Positions 25,163-33,230 of a DNA stretch of 42,385 nt are shown here, piece after piece. Position numbers and translations under genes: made by a program. The DNA is from Alphaproteobacteria bacterium (GTDB taxonomy: Bacteria; Pseudomonadota; Alphaproteobacteria; UBA8366). Position 1 is the first letter of the stretch. Each line of letters opens with the position of its first letter. Where the stretch lies: NCBI GenBank assembly GCA_030743445.1, contig JASLSL010000203.1, positions 1 to 42,385 on the forward strand, written 5' to 3'. A model generated the notes under the pieces. That model saw only the letters and a program-made list of their open reading frames with translations. It ran no database searches and had not been told where the DNA came from.

Positions 25163-26089
25163 TCACGCCGCGCTGGTGCTGACGAGGGCGGTGTCCTTGT
25201 TGGGCCGCAGCACCTCGGCGTCGTAATCCTCCATCAGCGCCTTGGTGACCTCGCCCGGGGTGAAGCTGTACTCGCCGATCTCGGAAATCGGCGTCACCTC
25301 GACCGCGGTGCCGGTCAGGAAGCACTCGGAAGCCTTAGCCAGCTCCTCGGGCTTGATGTGGCGCTCTATGATCTCGATCCCGCGCGCCCGGGCGAGGTCC
25401 ATCACCGTGCGCTTGGTGATGCCGTCGAGGAAGCAGTCGGGTGTGGGCGTATGCAGCTTGCCGTCGATCAACAGGAAGATGTTGGCGCCCGTCGCCTCAG
25501 AGATGAAGCCGCGGTAATCGAGCATCAGGGCGTCGGAATAGCCCTCCGCCTCGGCCGCGTGCTTGGAAAGCGTGCAGATCATGTAGAGCCCGGTCGCCTT
25601 GGTCTGACACGGGATCGTCGCCGGGTCGGGCCGCCGCCACTTGGCCCATTGCATGCGAATGCCCTGCATGCGGGCCTCGGGCGAGAAATAGGCCGGCCAC
25701 TCCCAGGCCGCGATGGCGACGTGGATCTTCGTCAGTTGGGCCGAAACCCCCATCATCTCGGCACCGCGCCAGGCGAGCGGACGGACGTAGCCTTCCGAAA
25801 TGCCCTGGTCGGCGACGACCGCGTTGCACGCATCGTCGATCTCGTCGGCGGTATAGGGAATTTCGAAGTCCATCGTGCGCGCGCTAAACAATAGGCGCTC
25901 GGTGTGGTCGCGCAGCTTGAAGATTTGCCCGTTGTAGCAGCGTTCGCCCTCGAACACCGCCGAGGCATAATGCAAGGCGTGGGAGAGAACGTGCACTTTG
26001 GCATCGGCCCACGGCAGCATTTCACCGTCAAACCAGATGTGTCCCGGGCGATTGTCGAAGGGGATCATGTCCATCGCAGTCGGCTCCAA
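25163..26089 (-). CDS. ilvE: branched-chain amino acid aminotransferase
   Basis: 308 aa with class IV aminotransferase blocks: HALHYASAVFEGERCY, YVRPLAWRG, ATGANIFLLIDGKLHTP and CFLTGTAVEVTPI. Alternative starts at 26074 or 26068. Confidence 0.9.
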   Translation of the reverse strand: MEPTAMDMIPFDNRPGHIWFDGEMLPWADAKVHVLSHALHYASAVFEGERCYNGQIFKLRDHTERLLFSARTMDFEIPYTADEIDDACNAVVADQGISEGYVRPLAWRGAEMMGVSAQLTKIHVAIAAWEWPAYFSPEARMQGIRMQWAKWRRPDPATIPCQTKATGLYMICTLSKHAAEAEGYSDALMLDYRGFISEATGANIFLLIDGKLHTPTPDCFLDGITKRTVMDLARARGIEIIERHIKPEELAKASECFLTGTAVEVTPISEIGEYSFTPGEVTKALMEDYDAEVLRPNKDTALVSTSAA

Positions 26090-26240
26090 AAAACCCGCGG
26101 AAAGGGTCCAAAACCGCCCCTTGCGGGCCTAGATTATTGTTCGTCTTGGCTTTTCAAATCTTAGCCCCACACGCGCCGGATTGTCACTTTCTGTCACGCG
26201 AGGCTTGCGCGATGTAACATTTGAAGGCATATATGTCAAC

Positions 26241-26765
26241 ATGACTGACATAACTTCGCAAGCCAAGATGCCGCCGCGGCCGCATGCCAATCCATTGTTC
26301 CTGCGCGACGAGGAGCTGCGCCAAGGCATCGAGATGTTGTTTTACGCCTATCGCGACTTCACGTCCGAGCCGGATACGATCCTCGCCAAGTACAAGTTCG
26401 GCCGTGCGCACCATCGGGTGATCTATTTCGTCGGCCGCTACCCGGGGATGGCTGTCTCGGACCTGTTGAACATCCTCAAGATCACCAAGCAAAGCCTGAG
26501 CCGGGTGCTCGGCCAGTTGGTACGGGAAGAATTCATATCCCAGCGACAGGGCACCCGCGACCGGCGCCAGCGGCTCCTGGAGCTGACCGAGAAGGGGCGC
26601 GAGCTCGAACGCCAGTTGACGCAGAACCAGCGGGAGCGTATTGCCCGTGCCTATCGCGAGGCGGGCGCCGATGCGGTCGAGGGGTTCCGCAAGGTGATGC
26701 TCGGCGTCATGTCGTCGGACGGCGACCGCGACCGCTTCGAGCGGAGCGGGCCACCACGGCGTTAG
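26241..26765 (+). CDS. MarR-family transcriptional regulator
   Basis: ATG at 26241. Winged-HTH segment (MAVSDLLNILKITKQSLSRVLGQLVREEFISQRQGTRDRRQRLLELTEKG). Confidence 0.8.
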   Translation: MTDITSQAKMPPRPHANPLFLRDEELRQGIEMLFYAYRDFTSEPDTILAKYKFGRAHHRVIYFVGRYPGMAVSDLLNILKITKQSLSRVLGQLVREEFISQRQGTRDRRQRLLELTEKGRELERQLTQNQRERIARAYREAGADAVEGFRKVMLGVMSSDGDRDRFERSGPPRR

Positions 26766-26804
26766 GGTTGGCCGCCCGACCGCCATCATCGGGGTAAATC
26801 GTGG

Positions 26805-27518
26805 ATGGGATACACGGCCGAAATCGATAGCGGAGAGGCGCCGCACATCCTGGTCGTCGACGACGACAGCAGGCTGCGCGAGCTGTTGCGCAAGTATCTC
26901 TCCGACAACGGCTTCCGGATCACCGTCGCGGCGGACGCCGCCGCCGCCCGCCAACAGATGGAATCGATGGCCTTCGACCTGCTCGTGCTCGACCGCATGA
27001 TGCCGGGCGAGGACGGCCTGGAGCTGGCGCGGTCCCTACGCCAGACCGAAGACGTGCCGATCCTGATGCTGACCGCTATGGGCGAGGTCGAGGCGCGGAT
27101 CGACGGGCTCGAGGCGGGCGCCGACGACTATCTGGCGAAACCGTTCGAGCCGCGCGAGTTGTTGCTGCGGATTCGCACGGTGCTGCGCCGGGCCGGGCCG
27201 GAACCCGCCGAGACCACCGACAACATTCGGTTCGGAGACCTCGAGCTCGACCTCGACCGCGGAATGCTGCTCAATGGCGATGAGGCGGTGCGGCTCACGA
27301 CGACCGAATCCAGTCTGCTCGGCGTGCTGGCGCGGAACCCGGGCCGGGTGCTGAGCCGAGAGGAACTGGCCCGGCGCTGCAAGGTCGACGGCGGCGAGCG
27401 GACCATCGATGTCCAGGTCGCGCGCCTGCGGCGCAAGATCGAGCCCGACCCAAAGGCGCCGCGCTACCTGCAAACGATCCGCGGCCGCGGCTACGTGCTG
27501 CAGCCCGATCGAGGTTAG
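26805..27518 (+). CDS. OmpR-family DNA-binding response regulator
   Basis: 237 aa. Close in layout to E. coli OmpR as I recall it (ILVVDDD.RLR.LL.+YL...GF...A......M....FDL.VLD.M.PGEDGL...R.LR...+.PI.M.TA.GE...RI.GLE.GADDY..KPF.PRELL.RIR.VLRR). C-terminal winged helix (RYLQTIRGRGYV). Confidence 0.9.
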   Translation: MGYTAEIDSGEAPHILVVDDDSRLRELLRKYLSDNGFRITVAADAAAARQQMESMAFDLLVLDRMMPGEDGLELARSLRQTEDVPILMLTAMGEVEARIDGLEAGADDYLAKPFEPRELLLRIRTVLRRAGPEPAETTDNIRFGDLELDLDRGMLLNGDEAVRLTTTESSLLGVLARNPGRVLSREELARRCKVDGGERTIDVQVARLRRKIEPDPKAPRYLQTIRGRGYVLQPDRG

Positions 27519-27524
27519 GAACCC

Positions 27525-28844
27525 GTGCATCCACGCGTCTTCATCAAACAGTTCCTGCCGCGATCGCTGTTCGGCCGCTCGCTACTGATCATCGTCATTC
27601 CGCTGATCCTGCTGCAGATCGTCTCGACCTGGATATTCTTCGACCGCCACTGGGACACCATCACAAGGCGGCTGGCCAACTCCATCTCCGGCGACATCGC
27701 GCTGATCGTCGAGGAGATGCGGCGCGACCCGAGCGCGGCGCGCCGGGCGCAACTGTTCGAGTTGGCGCGCGGCCATATGGGCCTCGAGATGGTGTACAGC
27801 CCGGGCGAGATCCTGCCCAACACCGAGATCGAATACGGCGGCATCCTCGACAAGACGCTTGCTTTCTCGCTGCACGAAAGGGTTCAGAAACCGTTCCAGA
27901 TCGACACCTCGTCGTTCAAGACCGAGGTCATCATCGACATCCAGCTGCCGAAGTCGGTGCTGACCGTGGTCGCACCCGGCAAGCGTCTGTTCAGCTCGAC
28001 GACCTATATCTTCGTGCTGTGGATGGTCGGCACGTCACTGGTGTTGTTCGCGGTCGCCTCGATCTTCATGCGCAACCAGGTGCGACCGATCCGGCGCCTC
28101 GCCGCCGCGGCGGACGGCTTCGGCAAGGGCCGCGAGATCCGCGACTTCAAGATCGAGGGCGCGACCGAGGTTCGCCTCGCCGCGACCGCGTTCAACCGGA
28201 TGCGGGAGCGGATCAGCCGCCAGATGCGCCAGCGCACCGACATGCTGTCCGGCGTCAGCCACGACCTGCGCACGCCCCTGACGCGGATGAACCTGCAACT
28301 CGCGATGCTGGGCGACGGGCCCGAGGTCGCCGAACTCAAAGCCGACGTCGCCGAGATGGAGAAGATGGTCGAGGGCTACCTCACCTTCGCCCGCGGCGAA
28401 GGGGACGAGCAGGCGGTGGAGATCGACCTTGCCGCGCTGATCGCCGACGCGGTGTCGGCCTGGAAACGCAACGGGGCCGAGATCGACCTGCATATCGAAG
28501 GTCAGTTCCATATGTCGTTGAAACCGAATGCCTTCGGCCGTTGTCTCGACAACCTGATCGCCAACGCCGGGCGCTACGGCAGCCATGTCTGGGTCCGGGC
28601 CGGCCGCCGGGGCGACGGCATCGAGATCACCGTCGAGGACGACGGGCCCGGCATCCCGATCGAGGAGCGCGAGAACGTGTTCCGACCGTTCTACCGGCTC
28701 GACCGGTCGCGCAACCCGGAGACCGGCGGCACCGGCCTCGGCCTCGCCATCGCGCGCGACGTGGCGCGCGCCCACGGCGGCGAGATCGAGATCGAGGATT
28801 CGCCACACGGCGGCGTCCGCGCCCGCGTCAACCTGCCACTTTGA
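27525..28844 (+). CDS. EnvZ-like sensor histidine kinase (2 TM, HAMP, HisKA, HATPase_c)
   Basis: 439 aa with a GTG start 6 nt after the RR stop. H-box MLSGVSHDLRTPLTRM. N, G1 and G2 boxes (DNLIANAGRYG, DDGPGIP, GGTGLGLAIA). Confidence 0.85.
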   Translation: MHPRVFIKQFLPRSLFGRSLLIIVIPLILLQIVSTWIFFDRHWDTITRRLANSISGDIALIVEEMRRDPSAARRAQLFELARGHMGLEMVYSPGEILPNTEIEYGGILDKTLAFSLHERVQKPFQIDTSSFKTEVIIDIQLPKSVLTVVAPGKRLFSSTTYIFVLWMVGTSLVLFAVASIFMRNQVRPIRRLAAAADGFGKGREIRDFKIEGATEVRLAATAFNRMRERISRQMRQRTDMLSGVSHDLRTPLTRMNLQLAMLGDGPEVAELKADVAEMEKMVEGYLTFARGEGDEQAVEIDLAALIADAVSAWKRNGAEIDLHIEGQFHMSLKPNAFGRCLDNLIANAGRYGSHVWVRAGRRGDGIEITVEDDGPGIPIEERENVFRPFYRLDRSRNPETGGTGLGLAIARDVARAHGGEIEIEDSPHGGVRARVNLPL

Positions 28845-28854
28845 GCCCTATGAT

Positions 28855-28972
28855 CGTCATTCCGGACGGCGCGCAGCGACGATCCGGAATCCATGCCTGA
28901 GAGCCACATATCCAGATTGTCGATACCATACGGGGCTCCCAGGCGTGGATTCCCGCTTGTCCCGGGAATGAC
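28855..28972. repeat. MITE-like palindromic intergenic element, copy B (CGTCATTCC ... GGGAATGAC termini)
   Basis: Terminal inverted repeats are GTCATTCCGGA and CCCGGGAATGAC. The arms are homologous in inverted orientation (GGAATCCATGCCTGAGAGCC vs the reverse complement GGAATCCACGCCTGGGAGCC). Left-arm hairpin ATTCCGGA-N16-TCCGGAAT. Confidence 0.6.
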
Positions 28973-28985
28973 AGATTGAGATGTC

Positions 28986-29348
28986 CTAATACAGCCGGCC
29001 GCCGTTGGGGACCGGATGGTCGACGCCGACCAGCACGACCTCGCCATCGTCATCGGGAAAGCCGAGCACCAGAAACTCCGACATGAACTTGCCGATCTGC
29101 TTCGATGGAAAGTTGAGGACGGCGGCGACCTGACGGCCGACCAGGCCTTCCGGCGTGTAGTGCTTGGTCAACTGGGCCGAGCTCTTGCGCTCGCCGATCT
29201 CGGGCCCGAAATCGACCCAGAGCTTGAGCGCCGGCCGACGCGCCTCGGGAAAGAGTTCCGAGCGCACCACCGTGCCGACCCGGACCTCCACCTTTTGGAA
29301 GTCGTCGAAATCGATCGTCGCGGTCGGGGGAAATTCCTGTTCCGCCAT
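28986..29348 (-). CDS. csaA: tRNA-binding (EMAP/CsaA-like) domain protein
   Basis: 120 aa. FDDFQKVEVRVGTVV...PALKLWVDFG...SSAQLT.HY.PE.LVGRQV..VLNF matches the CsaA/tRNA-binding OB-fold pattern. Confidence 0.75.
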   Translation of the reverse strand: MAEQEFPPTATIDFDDFQKVEVRVGTVVRSELFPEARRPALKLWVDFGPEIGERKSSAQLTKHYTPEGLVGRQVAAVLNFPSKQIGKFMSEFLVLGFPDDDGEVVLVGVDHPVPNGGRLY

Positions 29349-29398
29349 GTCGCGTCTCCTATGCCGGGCAGCTAAAAAACTTTCTGGAAAGTGCCGCC

Positions 29399-30124
29399 CT
29401 AGGTCCGCCTTTTTCGAGCCGTGGATCGGCCCTTCGACTTACCCTTGGCAGTGGATTTCTTTGCCTTGGGTTTGGCCTTGGCTTTCGCCTTCGGCTTGGC
29501 GGCGGGCTTGGCCGCCGGCGCAGGCTCGGACTCCGTATCGGGGGCGCGTCGAGCGGGCTCCAACAGGCTCGCCAGGCGCTCAGCGCGGGCGAGGTTGTGG
29601 TCGAGCGCCGCCATGGTGCGCGAGAGGTCTGTTCCGTCGTCGCCGAGCCAAACGCGCAGCGTCATCAACCAGACCATGAGAAGCCCCTTGGCCCGGAGCG
29701 CCCCGATCGGTCCGGCCGACGAAATCCCGGCGGCTTCCAGCGTCCAACCCATCGAGAGCAGCATGGTCGGTGCCAGCATCAGCGCCGCGAGCGGATCGAG
29801 CGGCAGGTCGCGCAGGATCTTCGCGATCGCCCGCTGGTGCCCGCCGAGGGCGTCGAAACAGCGCATCATGACCTCGAACAGCCGGTCGCGCGGCGTGTCC
29901 TCGGCGTCGAACGGCACCTCGCCGGCCAGCACGTGGGCTTCGATCCGGCGCACGAAGCCGGCCAGGATCGCGGGCTTCGAGGGGAAAATCGCATGGAGAT
30001 CGGCGAGCGAGACGCCGGCCGCCGCGGCGATCCCGGCGAGCCTAAGTCGCTGCCAGCCTTGCTCGGCGGCGAGGTCGAGCGACGCGTCGATCACCCGTCG
30101 CTCCTGCGCGTTTTCTGTCGCCAT
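29399..30124 (-). CDS. TetR-like regulator with Lys/Ala/Pro-rich basic C-terminal tail
   Basis: ATG at 30124 gives 241 aa. N-terminal HTH-like segment (VIDASLDLAAEQGWQRLRLAGIAAAAGVSLADLHAIFPSKPAIL). Tail: PAPAAKPAAKPKAKAKAKPKAKKSTAKGKSKGRSTARKRRT. The 385-aa track ORF is Arg/Gly-rich run-on upstream. Confidence 0.65.
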   Translation of the reverse strand: MATENAQERRVIDASLDLAAEQGWQRLRLAGIAAAAGVSLADLHAIFPSKPAILAGFVRRIEAHVLAGEVPFDAEDTPRDRLFEVMMRCFDALGGHQRAIAKILRDLPLDPLAALMLAPTMLLSMGWTLEAAGISSAGPIGALRAKGLLMVWLMTLRVWLGDDGTDLSRTMAALDHNLARAERLASLLEPARRAPDTESEPAPAAKPAAKPKAKAKAKPKAKKSTAKGKSKGRSTARKRRT

Positions 30125-30180
30125 GGGGGCATTATCCGCCGAACCGCCGCGGATACAAAGCCCGTCGTGATAGCTGGTGG

Positions 30181-31002
30181 TTAGCCCGCGAGTTCGCGGC
30201 CGCGACGGGTCGCCGCGGCGATCGCCTCGGTCATGATCTTCTGGAGACCGTCGTCGGCCATCAGGACCTGCAGCGCCTCGTGGGTCGTGCCGCCGGGGCT
30301 GGTGACGTTTTCGCGCAGTTGCGAGGGCGGCGCGTCGCTGGTCAACGCCAGCTGCCCCGACCCGGCGACCGTGACCAGCGCCAACCGCTCGGCGAGGTCG
30401 CGCGGCAGTCCGGCCTGGACCCCTGCCTCGGCCATGCACTCGATCAACAGGAACACATAGGCCGGGCCGCTGCCCGACAGCGCCGTCACCGCGTCCATCA
30501 GGCCTTCGTCGTCGACCATCACCGCCTCGCCGGTGGCGGCCACCAGCGCGCGGCACAGCTCGCGCTGGGCGTCGTTCGTGGTGGCGTTGCTGGTGACGAC
30601 GGTGATCCCTTGGCCGATTGCCGCCGGGGTGTTGGGCATGGCCCGCACGATCGCTGCCTCGGCCCCGAGCCGGTCCTCGAAATAGGCGATGGTCGTGCCC
30701 GCCGCGATCGACAGGAACACGGTCGAAGGGGAAACGAATTTACTGAAGGGCGGCGCCGCCTCGTCCATCTGCTGCGGCTTGACCGCGAACACCACGACCT
30801 CGGGGTCGAGATCGCCGGCGAGGCCGTCGATCGCGTCGTGGATCGTAACGCCGGGCCTACCCTCGAACGCCGCGGCCCCCATCGGCTCGATCACCTCGAC
30901 GCCGGCCGCCGTGATGCCGGACTCGAGCCAGCCCGAGAGCAACGCGCCGCCCATCTTGCCACACCCGACAAGAAGCAGTGGCCGTTCCATGCTCGTGGTC
31001 AT
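30181..31002 (-). CDS. proC: pyrroline-5-carboxylate reductase
   Basis: 273 aa. LLVGCGKMGGALLSG (NADP-binding), RAMPNTPAAIGQG and the SPGGTT motif. Confidence 0.9.
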   Translation of the reverse strand: MTTSMERPLLLVGCGKMGGALLSGWLESGITAAGVEVIEPMGAAAFEGRPGVTIHDAIDGLAGDLDPEVVVFAVKPQQMDEAAPPFSKFVSPSTVFLSIAAGTTIAYFEDRLGAEAAIVRAMPNTPAAIGQGITVVTSNATTNDAQRELCRALVAATGEAVMVDDEGLMDAVTALSGSGPAYVFLLIECMAEAGVQAGLPRDLAERLALVTVAGSGQLALTSDAPPSQLRENVTSPGGTTHEALQVLMADDGLQKIMTEAIAAATRRGRELAG

Positions 31003-31017
31003 GTTCGAACTCCGGCG

Positions 31018-31521
31018 TCAGGCCTCGCCGACCGTATCCATGATCGCCATCGAAACCGCCTCATGCGGCGCCTTGCCGGCCCAGACGACGAACTGGAAGG
31101 CGGGGTAGAAGCGCTCGCATTCGCAGAGTGCGATATCGACCAGATCCTCGAGCTGCTCGACGCCGAGGCGCTGCCGGCCGCGCGTCAGCACGGTGTAGCG
31201 GAACATCGGCAGTCCGTCCTCGGAGCTCAGGTCGAAATGACCGAGCCACAGCTTTTCGTTGGCGAGCGCCAGAAGTTCGACAGCCTCGGGACGTTTCTCC
31301 TCGGGCACCCGGGAATCGAACGCGCAGGTGAAGTAGAGCGCACTGACATCCGCCCGCCATACGAAGTAAAGCCGATAGTCGCACCAGCGCCCCGAAGCCT
31401 CGACCACCATCTCGTCCCGGCTCGACCGGTCGAACGGCCATTCGTTCGCGGCGACGAGTTCTTCGAGAAGATCGAGGGGGTTGTTGGAAACGCTTTCGAG
31501 ATCGACCGACGCAGTGGCCAT
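31018..31521 (-). CDS. YbjN-domain protein
   Basis: ATG at 31521. The 167-aa product NPLDLLEELVAANEWPFDRSSRDEM...YRLYFVWRADVSALYFTCAFD...ANEKLWLGHFDL follows the YbjN/DUF1790 pattern. The ybjN-proC synteny is conserved. Confidence 0.7.
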   Translation of the reverse strand: MATASVDLESVSNNPLDLLEELVAANEWPFDRSSRDEMVVEASGRWCDYRLYFVWRADVSALYFTCAFDSRVPEEKRPEAVELLALANEKLWLGHFDLSSEDGLPMFRYTVLTRGRQRLGVEQLEDLVDIALCECERFYPAFQFVVWAGKAPHEAVSMAIMDTVGEA

Positions 31522-31632
31522 TTTATCGGCCCTCCCCTTTATGTCCCGGACGCCGGGGCGCCATCCAATACGTCCGTTCACCGGTCATTTGCTGCCGAGT
31601 CGCGTCTATTCGAGAAAAACCCCACGACCACG

Positions 31633-31671
31633 ACATCTTGTGGTAAGAGCCCCACCCTCACCACAAGATGT
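31633..31671 (-). terminator. 12-bp perfect inverted repeat downstream of the ubiK-like gene (possible terminator or RNA element)
   Basis: ACATCTTGTGGT (31633-31644) and ACCACAAGATGT (31660-31671) with a 15-nt loop. On the minus strand a T5 run follows about 15 nt later (..cgtggggtttttctcg). That is not the canonical spacing for an intrinsic terminator. Confidence 0.3.
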
Positions 31672-31756
31672 AGATTGCCCTAAGAGAGTCCAGGGAAGCA
31701 AGTGAAGAATTGACTCGCGAAAAAACCGCGGAAATCCGGCCCTTCGAGCTATGCGA

Positions 31757-32098
31757 TCAGCTCTTGCGGGCCTTTCCGGCCGACCGCTTGGTGGCCTTCT
31801 TTGGCGACGCGGGCTTGGCTTTGGCGCGAGATTTGGGCTTCGCTTTGGTCTTGCCGCCGATCGCGGCCTCGAGCGCCGCGATCCGCTTCTCGAGCTTCTC
31901 CTGCTCCTCGCGCGCCTTGACGGCGACCGCCTTGATCGCCTCGAACTCCTCGCGCGGCACCATGTCGGCGTCCACGAGGATGCGCTCGAAGCGCTGCTTC
32001 AACAGTTCCTCGATTTCCGCGCGCACGCCCGAGACGGCCCCGAAGGCGCCGCTCGCCACTCGCGCCAGATCGTCGAGAAGGCGATTTTCGACTTGCAT
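31757..32098 (-). CDS. UbiK/YqiC (BMFP)-family accessory factor-like protein with basic Lys/Ala/Pro tail
   Basis: ATG at 32098. The 113-aa product is MQVENRLLDDLARVASGAFGAVSGVRAEIEELLKQRFERILVDADMVPREEFEAIKAVAVKAREEQEKLEKRIAALE, followed by the tail GGKTKAKPKSRAKAKPASPKKATKRSAGKARKS. Confidence 0.65.
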   Translation of the reverse strand: MQVENRLLDDLARVASGAFGAVSGVRAEIEELLKQRFERILVDADMVPREEFEAIKAVAVKAREEQEKLEKRIAALEAAIGGKTKAKPKSRAKAKPASPKKATKRSAGKARKS

Positions 32099-32240
32099 GC
32101 CGGCACCTCGTCGCTGCTGCGATCGGGCCAACCATATACGCCCGGCCGGCCGCGACGCAACCGAGGGCGAGCCCGCTTGCGGCGTCCGGCGCGGCTCGCC
32201 TATAAGGAGTGCGGTTTCACCACGGGAGGTGCGGTACCGC

Positions 32241-33224
32241 ATGATCCTGGTCACCGGCGGCGCGGGCTTTATCGGCTCCAACCTGGTCGCCGCACTCGCC
32301 GAGCGGGACAACACCCCCGTCGTCGTGTGCGACCGGTTGGAGGTCGAGGAGAAGGCCCGCAACCTGGAAAAGCATGTTGTCGCCGAAATCGTGGCGCCCG
32401 AGGACCTGTTCGACTGGCTCGAGGAGAGCGGGGAGGATGTCGAGACGGTGTTCCACATGGGCGCCTCGTCGGCGACGACCGAGACCGATTTCGACCATCT
32501 GCTGGAAAACAATTTCGGCGTCTCGATGGGTCTTTGGCGCTGGTGCGCCGAGGGCGAGCGGCGGCTGATCTACGCTTCCTCGGCGGCGACATACGGCAAT
32601 GGCGCGGAGGGCTTCGAGGACGACAACGACCCGGCTGTTCTCGTCAATCTCAGACCGCTCAATCCCTACGGCTGGTCGAAACAACTGTTCGATCTGCAGG
32701 CGGTGTTGCTCGGCGACGCCGGGCCGCGCCCCGCGCAATGGGCCGGCCTCAAATTCTTCAACGTCTTCGGGCCGAACGAATATCACAAGGGCGGCCAGTG
32801 CTCCGTCGTGGTCCAGCTCTTCAATCAGATTTCCTCGGAAGGAAAGGTGCGGTTGTTCCGCTCGCACGACCCCGAATTCGAGGACGGCGGCCAGAAGCGC
32901 GACTTCATCTGGGTCGGCGATTGCGTTGACGTCATGCTGTGGCTTCATGACAACCGCCAAGTGAACGGCATTTTCAATTGCGGCACCGGCCAGGCGCGCA
33001 GCTTCACCGACTTGGCCACCGCGTGTTTTGCGGCAATGGACCGGCCGGTGGACATCCATTACATCGACACGCCGCCCGAAATCCGCCAGCATTACCAGTA
33101 CTTCACCGAGGCCGCGATGGACCGGCTTGCCGCCGCCGGTTACGGCCGGCCCTTCACCTCGCTCGAGGATGGGGTCGCGCGGTATATCGGCGACTACCTC
33201 GCGACCAACGATCCCTACAGGTGA
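32241..33224 (+). CDS. hldD: ADP-L-glycero-D-manno-heptose 6-epimerase
   Basis: ATG at 32241 with gggagg 11 nt upstream. MILVTGGAGFIGSN, FHMGASS.TTE, YASSAATYG, NPYGWSK, FFNVFGPNEYHKG, KRDFIWVGD and GIFNCGTGQARSF parallel E. coli HldD/RfaD. Confidence 0.9.
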   Translation: MILVTGGAGFIGSNLVAALAERDNTPVVVCDRLEVEEKARNLEKHVVAEIVAPEDLFDWLEESGEDVETVFHMGASSATTETDFDHLLENNFGVSMGLWRWCAEGERRLIYASSAATYGNGAEGFEDDNDPAVLVNLRPLNPYGWSKQLFDLQAVLLGDAGPRPAQWAGLKFFNVFGPNEYHKGGQCSVVVQLFNQISSEGKVRLFRSHDPEFEDGGQKRDFIWVGDCVDVMLWLHDNRQVNGIFNCGTGQARSFTDLATACFAAMDRPVDIHYIDTPPEIRQHYQYFTEAAMDRLAAAGYGRPFTSLEDGVARYIGDYLATNDPYR

Positions 33225-33230
33225 GCGCCG

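Noticed and set aside
29399-30556. Long 5' extensions of real genes in the ORF track: 29399..30556, 31757..32512, 31710..33224, 32978..35110, 19210..19761, and 19658..22621 beyond 22390.
   Set aside because: The upstream portions overlap neighbouring genes or consist of Arg/Gly/Pro-rich run-on. Internal ATG codons with upstream purine-rich RBS-like sequence coincide with the start of recognisable homology, so the shorter coordinates were used.
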